This document shows positions 38,401 to 50,400 of a stretch of 64,000 bases of DNA, in pieces. The number at the start of each line of letters is the position of its first letter. The first letter of the stretch is position 1. A model generated the notes under the pieces. It was given only the letters and a program-made list of their open reading frames with translations, ran no database searches and was not told the DNA's origin. Position numbers and translations under genes: made by a program. The stretch covers positions 404,474 to 468,473 of the forward strand of contig NMRA01000116.1 in assembly GCA_002633005.1 (NCBI GenBank), read 5' to 3'. This DNA is from Phoronis australis. Its lineage: Eukaryota; Animalia; Phoronida.

Positions 38401-41400
38401 TTGGTTAGTGGAGGTGTAGGGCCTCACACAAATAGTTGGGATGATTACAAACAAAAAAGATATCCTGAAGAGGACGAATGAGAGACTCAAACTGTACATA
38501 GCCCAGGAGCGAGCGAAAAACAGAATTGAAGAATTACGAGAGGCACTTAGAGACGTCATTCCGGATGAGAATGAGTATGAATCGGCAGACGACCGTTACC
38601 AGATGGTATCCGCAAGAGACGAATTAACTCCGTCTGCATATTCTGAGGATGCCGAAAAACGGTCACAACAAAACAAAAATTCAAGTAACAACAATGCACA
38701 TTTGAGTGCCAGTCGAGAGCCACAAAGAGACATCATCCTGCACGAGGATGAGACGCATAACAGCAATACAAATTGTTCGAGTGGTCGTCAAGAGTCACAA
38801 AGTAATACCAACCCGGACGACATAAAGTTGGGAGGGGATTTTGACGGGGTGGAGACTAAAAGTAACGCCTCACCTCCTCCTGGTTGCTTTGGTGACGCCG
38901 AAAAAGGGATATTATGTAAGAGGGCAACATGTAAGAATAACAACCAGGAACCACATAGAGACATCCTGTTGAGAGGCAACAGTCACGAGGTCAAGAGTAA
39001 CGAGTCACCTCTACCTGGATGTTCTGTTGTTGGCAAAAAACGAACAAAACAAAAGCGACCTTTCCGTAACAACCGTGTCCATTGTTTGAACGTTAGTCAA
39101 GAGCCACATAGAATCACCACACCGCGAAACTTCGATAGTTTGGAATGTCACGAATACGAGGGCTTAGCTGAGGATGGCGAGTTATCACCGCCTGCATCCT
39201 CTGGACATTCCAATGGATGTGAAGATAATAGCAATCTGAACTCCGCGATGAGCCTGAGATCGCTTACAGACGGTACTCTACATATGTTCCCGGAAGAAGT
39301 TACAGAAACTCGATTCTTGCCAGTACCTGGTATGAGCGAGGACGCAGATGGCTTAGACCGACAAGGCGATATCCAAAAGTTATCAGTTTTTCAAAGAGCA
39401 TTTCGTAAAGTGAAATCAGTATTTACTATGAAAAAACGTAGCAGAAACAACATAAATTGGTATGGATATGAACCTGATTTTTCCTTTCCAACTTTCAAAA
39501 CGTCACCGCTACACAATCTGTCAGACTTTCCTATTAACGTTGGTGAGACTGTTGTTCACGACCCCATGAGTTACAATTACGTTTATCGTGACGGAAAGCC
39601 CGTCCTCATTGATCGAGGGAATTATGGCTGTATGTTTCTAGTTGAGCGACAGAAGATGTTTTACGCCCTAAAAGTATTTTGTAAAGAATCGTCATCTTTT
39701 TATGAGGTCAGGAGAGAGGTTGAAATGTTCCAATTTGTCAATGAGAAAGGAATCGGGCCTCAACTTCGAGGGGTTTTCCCGTTAGAGGAAAACGCGATTC
39801 ACTATTCGTGGGGAATTTTATTTGACATAGCAGGAAACAATAGCTGCAGAGGGAAAACACTTCGTGAACTTCTTAGCGAATACAAGAAGGAAAAGCCTGG
39901 ATTTACTCGGCTGAGGGATCAAGACTGGCTTGACATCTTGATCACAATATGTGAACAAATTAATGCTCTAAACAGAGCAGGCGTTGTGCTGAGAGCCATG
40001 AATCCGGACAGCATTGTAGTTATCAAAGTTAATGGTGTGTACAAGGCGCAGTTTTTGGACGTTCGAGACGCAACGCTGTTGAAGGAAAATCCTTGTACAA
40101 CTCACTACGGCGACTTTATTAAGGTGTGCGAGCTCATGGGTCTTATCAACTGGGAGACCCAATCTAACAAGAGATTCCACGATGCGTCCCAACTGATATC
40201 TCAGGGATCAGAGAAAGCTCATTGGGAACATGTCATCGAGGCCCTGAGGACGGAAAGGAGCGCCACCTGTTCTCTCTTTAAAAAGTGGTTTCTTTGTCGG
40301 AAACAGTAGTAACTCTCCCCTACAATGCAAGTTTGGCATGAATGTGTCGAAGCCTAGTCTTGGCATTATGTCTACCGCAAAACATCGGATCCGCGCACAC
40401 CGGACTTTTCGAAGCGCCTGATCGACCACAGCAACGGACGATAAACCTGAATTTCGAACGCACCGTAGTTTAGACATTTATGTGGCCAACTTGTAAAGTT
40501 GCTGATGTGGTGCCGATGGCATACATATGACTGTCTTCTGACTGGGCTGGAGTATTTACAGCCATTACCACAAATTTGATCTAATATTGATAAGACTTTC
40601 TTTGACTTGCTTTAATTTTTCGATATTAATAAAAGTCGGCCAATGGTACTTATCCAGTTGTAATTATTTATTTATGAAGTATTTATTCCTCTTTTAGCCC
40701 CTATACGGAAAGCAGTATTTTTGAAAAGAGAGTGTATTACAACGGTAATGGCAGTGCCATCAGTCGCCTCTTCATGGATTTTTCTCTTAATAAGTTTTAC
40801 GGGGTTTAAACTCCGCAATATGTTTTCTAAAGAATTGAATTTGAGGTAACGACTCCCTGGGTTCAACTTAATTATTATGTTGTAATAAACACCAAAAACT
40901 GTTGCATAACATTTTGTATAGTTCTCTATTCTTCAGCAAAACTGGTCCTCTTCCTAGCTCATGAAGTAGACACTTAGGAAGGTGTTTTCACTCATAGGGA
41001 TACATTTTCAGCTTATAATTCAGAGAAGTCACCCCCAAGTTAATAAGTCCATGCGATATGGCTGTGAAAAACACACATTTGAAGTGTAGGTCCCTTGCGT
41101 GCCTCTTAAATGAGTATCCACTTGTCGCCAGCAAAAATTTAGAAAATTCACTCCGCCACGCAGCGTACACGTACATGCCATAACGCGCATTGGAATACAA
41201 CTGGTTCAATCAGGTTGCGTTGCGATAGCACTCCAAAGCATTTAGGGCGATCGCATCAACGGTGATTTTCCGGGTTAAAGAACGTCAGTAAAACTGCCTG
41301 CCTCTGTGTTCAAACCGTATTTAAGATTTTTTTTGTTTGAGAAAACCTGCAAAAGGGGTGTAATGATATAAAATATGCATAGTTTCGACTCGCGTAGTTG

Positions 41401-44400
41401 AGAAGCACGCATAACAGTCAAAATTTATGTACATATTTTTTTTGTAATAAGAATAATCATCAGTGTGGCTTTGCGAGAAGGGTAATTAGTAGTGCTGTCT
41501 GCTTTTTATCTAAAATAAAAGCTTTTTACGTCGTTTTTGCAAGACAGTTACACGTTTTAAGAGGCCTCCTATTGGTGGTTGAGGCAACCGAGAACAGGCA
41601 AATAGGACGAAGTGCAGTTCGTATAATGCTTCGTAAGTTACCTAAAACTACTGGGAGGTAAGATTTTTTACTTTGGATTATGAAGTGGTTATGAATGACT
41701 AAACAAACTGTTACAAGGTCAGTTTTTGAAAAGGTGCAATATGGCTGCTAAAAAGTGCCAAAGTTGGCCGAAAATAGCTGCAGTGAAAACCTGCAAAATA
41801 GCCGTTTTTGCCACACAAAATCAAAACATACAAATTTTTAAAACAAATTTTGAAAGATATGACATTAAATTATTCAATCACAGTCCTTTAATACCGTATC
41901 ACTCATTTGTTATCAGCTTACTATACATGCTAGTAAAACGCATTAAAACATGTCTACTTCGGCGCCCAATTTCGTAGGTGCATGTCACAAAAAGAGAAAT
42001 ACTGGATGAAAATTCTTAAAAAGCAATTTTTTTTTACATCTCACCAAATCAAACTCATGTGCTAAGTCTTAAAAAAAATCTGCGATTTTGGGTATAGGTT
42101 CTACCTGTTGGTTTTTACATGGAGTCGCTCTTATCTTTTGATTTAGGCCACTTATAGTTACATCCCGACCCAAATTGAAGTGATTTCTGGACTTGGAAAA
42201 GACCTACAGTTCGTTTAGTGCTTGAGATTAGGCTCGAAATGTCGACGTGCCACGGGAATCATTTTAATAGCTAAGTAAAGTCTCAGGGAAAAACAAACTG
42301 CCAGCTCCTTCCAAGCCCAGTAGTCTACGTCCCATCTGAATAAGCCCAATGCTGAGACCAATGTTACATAGCAATAATATTGACTTGAATAAAATGTCCG
42401 TTTGTTGTCGGAACACGCGCTTAGGACATTTTTAATATCAATTTTTTTTTCTTCCAGTCAACTCGTGCAACGTTAGGCTTAGGTTCTTTGTGTAGTTTAG
42501 ACAAGACACAGCAAATTTTTGCCTCGATTGCGCATTATAGGGTAAGTACAGTTCTAAATCAAACAATTTCGTGAAGTAATTTGACCAGTGACAATTCCGC
42601 TAATCTATGTCGTTTTAACTGTTTGTGAAACTAAGAAAGTTAAGCACTAAACATTTGACCTAAGTTTGTTTTTATCAAAGTTACGAGATACGAAGGGTTG
42701 ACATATTTCATCATTATCGCCATGTTGCCATTCCCGCTTCCCCGATTTTTTGGCCGTTACCCGATTCCTGGCGTCAAATTCGTTTCGATCTCAGTACCAA
42801 TAAATCTCCATTCCCTAAATACGGCATTTTTGTCTATATTTCCGTTATCACGGCCACACAAAGGGCCCGACCACGATTCCCGAAAAAAGTGTTTTCCCTC
42901 TTAGACTATTGGTTTCTATAAGCCAACGCTCGCTGTACGTGTTTATTCTCCCTGGATCGTTTTCTAGGGAAATGTTCATTTTTCTATCTATGTTGTGTCA
43001 TTTTCTTCTTCGTTACTGTAGGCTAAAATTGTAGCGGTGAAGAAACTTAAACGGGGGTCATTAAAAATGACCCGACAAGCTGACAAGGACTTCCGTTGCT
43101 TACGAGAATTGCACCACGAGAACTTGAACCCATTCATAGGGGTCGCTGTCAACGAGAACAATCCATGTGTTCTCCTACTGTATTGCTCTAAAGGCAGCCT
43201 TCAGGACGTATTGGAGAATGATGATATTAACCTGGACTGGATGTTCAAGATGTCTTTTACAACAGACTTAGCAAAAGTAAGTCAAAGTACCCCCAAAATA
43301 CATGTAAAATGAGTGAAACGTACAAATAAAACAGTTCGTGGTTCACGGGTTGGACAGAATGTCACTGCAATTTTTATGATAATTCTATTTTATTAGCTGC
43401 GAATCGAAAGTAAATCGCTTATCCCATAAACGCTACAACAAAAACAATGCAGATCCCCCTTAATAACAGTGTTACACGAATGCTGCATATCTTTCAGGGA
43501 ATGGAGTATTTACATAAAAGCGCAATTCGTTCTCATGGCAATTTGAAGTCGACAAATTGCGTTATAGACAATAGATGGGTGCTTAAAGTTACTGACTACG
43601 GGTTATTAACGGAGTACATTGACAAGCGAGAAGATGAGATGGGCGACCACGCATATTATACCAGTGAGTTACTTTGAGTAAATTAATGGCTGACTCCAGA
43701 CCGATGAGAAAACATTTGGAAATTAAATGCCACATAGTGTGCAGAAGTAATAAAATTCTTTTCAAAATGTTGACAGCATGTCTTCTCAAAATTATGTTGA
43801 CACTCACAAACTTCCTTATTCCACAAAATAAATATCCTGTTGATCTTCTAGCAACTGAGTCACTTCTTGTTCGAACTTACAAAAAAATGTCGGAAGACCA
43901 GAAAGTTTACCGTATTAAACGCATATCGTAGAAATCGCAGCAGAGGTCCACTGTCTAACAAATGTCTGCAAAAAGTGAATGTTCTTATCACAGGCTTACT
44001 ATGGACAGCCCCTGAACTTTTGAGAGAGAAAAAGCCAGTCGAGCGTGGGACTCAAAAGGGTGATGTTTACAGTTTCGCTATCGTCTTTTATGAAATCATG
44101 CAACGTGCCAGTCCCTATCAGTATAACGACCGATCTCCAGACGGTAGGTTTCAACCCGCTGATAACAGAAAAAGACTAGAATGCTACAAATGGGAATTTT
44201 TATTTAACGTACTTCTTTGAAGAAAATTTTTTCTTAGATTAACTGTAATTCATTCTGATGCACTACCTTATGACAACACTTTTAAATATTTAAACTGCAT
44301 CGCAATAAGTACGATTCTAAAGTAATTTAGTTAAATTTTAGATAAATCAGTGCGTCAAGATTTATATAACGCTCAGAAATGTTCTACTGTGATCTCTAAT

Positions 44401-47400
44401 GAAATTATAGAATACATTAAACATTGACATTACGGAAAATTCGATATAGTAAATATATAAACGCTGATGTTGGTCAATGGTGAAATATATCAAATAAACA
44501 CAGAAAAATCAGGAACTACAGCCGGGGGTTCTTGGTTTTTCCGTAAAAATTATTTAAGTATTAAATTATTTTATGTAAGCTATACTGCCTCCTCCTCATT
44601 ATCATATTGTTTGGATTCTCTGGTCAGTGACCCTCTTTGTTTTACGATTATTGGTTTAATTGTACCACGTGATCTCTTTGTCTTGTTGCAACACTGGGCC
44701 ATCGTCCACAATTCTCTCCAACTTTCATTTTTCACTCAATTTCTCTTCAATTTCCCACCTTTACAGTGCAATATGTTATATAACTTTTGTAATTACTGAT
44801 ATCTGTAGTAGTTTAGTTTGTCATAATATATATGACCTTTTATCTCAACTACATGTGTTGTTTCACTGTAAACTAGCTTCGGTATCGCTTCGCAGTTAGC
44901 GCATATAAAATTCGATGACTAATAACCGGTATAGCATATTTGTGCGAAAATGCCCGAGTGCACACTGGTTTTGAATTTTCTCAGACGTCGTGGCGGAACT
45001 ATTAGACGGATGCCTACCCCACTGCCGTCCCGTCATCTTGCCAGACGCCGACACTACGCGCGATGACGTCAGACACTTGATGAGAATCTGCTGGGAAGAA
45101 GAACCTGAGGATAGGCCAGATTTCTCAGAAATCAGACGAAAACTGCGGTTTATTAACGGCGGAAAGTAAGCAATGTTTTTGATTACAGTCCATTTATCTT
45201 TATGTACTATTTTTAGGCAGAGACACACTGCCATACTGCGTTACCACCAATGATTGATAAAGCCATTTCGTATGATGTGAGACAAGATAGATAGTTTTTG
45301 AATTTTTGGAAAATAAATATTAAGGATGTCTAAAGTCTTATCATTTCGAAATCAAATCTGCGTACTATGCTCAAACTGTTTCTGATTTTGTGTAGTTCTG
45401 AATTTTATTTGTTTTTAAAAACACGTAGCAACACAATTTTAACCGTCATAGAATTTGATGATTTTTAGCATGTTAAAATATTTGCTCAAATTATCATCAT
45501 CATCATCATCTTCATCGTTATTATTAGTACCTTTATTTTTAATTTATTTTATTTTTAATTTATTTAATATCAGTGGCGTCTTTGGGGGGGGGGCAAGGGG
45601 GCCATGGCCCCCCTAAAATTCTCCCAGATGCCATTTGGCAGTTCCTGTGCCCTGCCCCCAACTCAAAATCCTGGATCCGCCCTTAAATATCATATAATTA
45701 TTGACTGAGGTCATTATCACATTTTTGGGGTCCGAAAATCAAAATATTAACGAGTGTGAAAGTGAATACAGGTTTTATTATATGATTACATCCGCTAGGT
45801 AATTCGTGGAAGGTGACTATGGTCGTATCTAGAGCACTTGGTCGGCCAATTAGCTTAGCCTACCCGTTTTCTATCCAAAACGTTGTGGAGAGGTTTTGAA
45901 AAACTTCCAGATGTTTGGAATTTACAAAGGAGCAATCGATTATATTTTGGGAATTATATCATGTTTTGGGGTCTTTCAAAGTTCGCTTTTAATGTAAAAC
46001 AATCGACAAAAGCCATTTGGTTACGCTATGAGATCGCAAGGGGGCGTCAACACGCTCATAGTGCAAGCGCTGAAATTCCCACAAATGACGTGTATTGAAA
46101 GACAGTGAAAAAGTTTAACCTTTGAAAACACACCTTCTGTAAAATGGCAGAATGGTGAGGACTGCGATGCCTTGATGCAGGTATGCATTCACCTGACGGT
46201 TAACATTTTACGGTAATTCAAAAACAAAAATAACCTCAGACTCCGAATAAAATAAAAAGGCTCAAAAGATTTTCGTGTTCGATGACGTTAGCTGGTGACA
46301 AAGTGGTTAGGTTGAGGTTTGAGAATTGAGAGGGACCGGGATCGAAAAAAGTCTTAAACAAAATGTGAAACGGTGTTACCATAGTAACGGTAAATATTAC
46401 GATTTATTGACTCCGCAATACTGATTTGTAATTCCATAATCTGTCCAATGTAGCTGAGATGGATAGTGATTCTAATAAATCAGTCTTAGATGGCCAAACG
46501 CACGTTTAATATCCCTGTTGCAGAAAAATGTAGGACAATCAGTGTTTAGGTTTATCAGATTCTAATACGTTTCGTATTTCTGTAACAGAAAAATTAACAT
46601 AGTTGACAACATGATCAAGATGATGGAGGCGTATACGGAGAACTTGGAGGAGCTGGTAGCAGAACGGACAGAAGAATTGGAGATGGAGAAGGAGAAGACG
46701 GACATGTTACTCTTCAGGTAAACAGTGGGCAAATAATGGCATTAGTTCGAGAAGAACGTCATTTAGCATTCCTTGAACTGCTGAGGAATGTGACCACAGT
46801 TGAGTATGAGCGACATTGTTAGAAATGGTAATTCATGCACTGTGCACTAAGATCATACTTCGTTCAGTGTATGTTAATAAGTTTTAAAAAGCGTAATTTT
46901 TGCCTCTCGGTGAGCAAATATGACATCTTTAGAAAAAAGTACCACCTTAAGTTTGTTTTGTCACGGCGGGTTTGTTTCTGTCGCCAAAGCAATGTGGCCA
47001 TGAAGAGAATCCCAGGCATTTTATTGCAATTGTTTTCAGTTCAAAGTAAGGATGATAACAAAACAGCATTGCTTTGGAAGCGCAAATACCCCTATGAAGA
47101 AAGATGTCACAAGAGCGTGGTTTAGTACACGCTTTAATGTAACAGTGTCAAATAGCAGATAAATTGACGTTGATGGTAACATGAAACAGTGAAAGCAAAT
47201 TAACTGATGTTGACAGAAAACAATATACTTCCGTTTCTCACTAGTCAGTGGAGTGATTCACAAAGCCCACCGAAACAAGTTTGCGATGGCATCACGGGTC
47301 AAGACTGGAACTGTATATCTAACCAGCTTTGTAAAAAAGATACGTGGCTTGCTGCAAATTATTTCTCTAAATGAACGAATCCAAAACACGTATTGCTGCT

Positions 47401-50400
47401 TTTCAGAATGTTACCCCCTTGTGTTGCCGAGCAGTTGAAGAGAGGTGAGCCAGTGATACCGGAGACCTACGATGCCGTCTCGATATTCTTCTCCGATATT
47501 GTTGGCTTCACATCAATCTCCGCCAAAAGCTCTCCCTTGCAGGTAAGTTTCGAAAGTGAACGAAGACAGGTAAAGAAAAGATAAAACCTGGGGAAACACC
47601 GATTCCTTTACAAATATCAGTTTGGATTCAGTCAGAACAGAAAGACCACAATATAGATTGTACAGCTACGACGTAGGCAGAATTTTAGCCTATGAAATAA
47701 AAAGAAAGAACTCTACAAAACCACGTATCACACTAACTAGACAATAACATCTTTGATTTTCAGGTAGTCGACCTACTGAATGACCTATATACCTGCTTTG
47801 ACGAAATAATAGCTCAACATGACGTTTATAAGGTAAGAAAATGTCCATAATGAAGAAGTGAGAAATGGTTTACCAGTCATTCAACTTCAAAATTGTTTCT
47901 GTAAAGAAAAAAATCCGATTTCTACAAATTAATGTACCCCTAATAATTCTCTTTAACTAGGTGGAAACAATTGGTGACGCGTACATGTGCGTGAGTGGTC
48001 TTCCTCAGCGAAACGGCGATCGCCATGCAGGTGAAATAGCCAACATGGCGTTGGATCTCCTCAGCGCTGTGACCAACTTCAAAATCAGACACATGTCAGA
48101 TCAGCACTTGCAGCTTAGGGTTGGCCTGCATACGGGACCCTGTGTGGCGGGCGTCGTCGGGGTAACCATGCCGCGATATTGTCTGTTTGGCGACACAGTC
48201 AACATGGCATCCAGAATGGAATCAACCGGCCTCGGTATGAATTTTTCAAATAATATGACTTTCGAATTGTCCAGATTGAGTTATGTATGAAAAAATAGGT
48301 GAAATGTTGGCCTACAGAGCTAGCGCACGGATGACATGTAATAGCCTATGACGTCATATCGGTTGCAGTTCAATAGTAAAAACTTTAAACTAGAATTATC
48401 CACGCTTATCTAAAAATCAGTTATTGAAAGATAATAATATTACAATGGCTTCGTACTTTTAATAAAAATTCGTTCGCAAAGGATTTATAAAAATTAAGTC
48501 AAAAAGATAGATTTCTGTAAGTTGAGACTTTGTTCATGTTTAAGTCCTCAGTAAAGCTAACATGCTCTCTGGAAGACAATACTTGTTCTTGTGTCAACAA
48601 AAGTGAACGACGGGAAAAATAGTGAAAATGGAAGTATGCGCTAAACATGTTTTTCATGATCAAATTTAGACTGATAATTATGAAGTTGGTTATCTCGACA
48701 TTCGATCATGTGAGTAGAAATGGTTCTTTAATGATATTAACAGTTAAAACTGGTCTGCGGAATTACCTTGTTGGTTTCCTAGATCTTCGGAAACCTCTCG
48801 TCTCCCGTGATGAGTCGCGGGAACGTTGGTCACGTTTTGAAGCAGCGTCGAGATCCCACGTGACCAGAGTTCCCGCAACTCATCACAGTCAACGTCCCAT
48901 CGAAAGAGACGAGAGGTCTCCGAAGATCTAGGAAATCAAAAAAGGTAATCCAACAGACCAGTTCGACTGTTAATATCATGAACATTCCTGGATGGTTCAA
49001 GGTCTACATTTTATTAATGGTTCTTTAAGTATTTCATAATAGAGACCATGTTGTTGGTGTATTTTCCAGCGCTTCATATCCACTTAAGTTCGTCTATTCA
49101 CACAGCTTTGATGAAACTTGATTGGGGTTTTAGGACAGCTATTAGAGGAGAGACAGAAATTAAGGTAATGTTTCAGAGGTGTTTTGTGTGCGTTCAGCTT
49201 GAATAAAAAGTGACATGTAATTACAAAATATATAACATGTTCGTTATGATTAAATTATCATGTTCGAAACATGTAAAATATTTCTGTGACAACAGATATT
49301 GTTGAATATTTTCCTTTTCCTTTAGTTATAAAAAGGGTTGTCTGGGAGCAACATTTATTCAACCGACGTGCCTGCGACAGGAATATCCAGCAACATGACA
49401 TACTTTTCAACTCTTAAGATATTTTTGTTGTGGAGGTACACTGGAAGATTAGGGAAGACAAATAAGGGCATTTCAGACTATTGATCTGGTTTCAGTTTGT
49501 GAAAAAAACCTGTTGAAAAAGAACACCGAACACCTAAAACCAAAATGACGCTGCAAAAATGTACGCAATTTGTAAAGCCATTGTTAAGCCTAAAGAGTGC
49601 CAACAGTCTTTAAACAAAAGCAAACCTCTTTTTAAAGTTAAACTTCAAGATAAACACATGTACGAGTTTATGTGAGCCTATATAGATCCTAAGATTCGTC
49701 ACAACACTCTACGAGCCAATTAATCTTCAAATATAAGTGCATGTGTTTAAATACGCTAATATATGGTAGGCGCGGAAGGAACATTTTTGGACAGAGACAG
49801 CAACTAGGAAAAATGAAAATGGTCACCTTTCTCTCACCAAATGACATTTTTGTAATTATTATAATGTAAGTTTGTTAACACTTTTAAACACTTCAATATT
49901 TCGAGACACTTGTATTTCAGAAAATGTTTAGTCATCTAGTATGTTCCAAGGTGTTTTGTATTGATCTGCCTGAATGGGGGAACTCCAGATAAAAAAGCGG
50001 TCGATACGAGCTTGCATGTTAAGTGTAGCAGGCCTACAAGTAACATGCATTAACGGGAATGTTTACTTACCTTTTTCTAGGAATTTGTGGTGTAAATTTA
50101 TGTTTTACTTACGCCGAAAGACATTTGAACCTTGTAATTCAATTTCAATGAAAATGAAATTATTATTAAATCTGAAGTGTGACGAACTTTGAACAAATGG
50201 CACTGTGTGTCGGAGCATCCTTGTGGTATGTTAGTTTTGTTACTAGTTTCTGGCCTCAGTGTTTAAGTTGTAATTTGTTACACACGTGGCCAGGGCTACG
50301 TTTCATGAACCTATTTTAGTCCTAACTTAGACCGAAATAACAATGCTGTCATTCCATCACTTGTCACGTTGCGCTTGTTGAACAATGCTGTTGACGTCAT

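Noticed and set aside
38441-40309. Nested ORF as a required constitutive exon of the cyclase
   Set aside because: Exons 37855-38011 and 42458-42541 join in frame without it, and the ORF ends in a stop codon.
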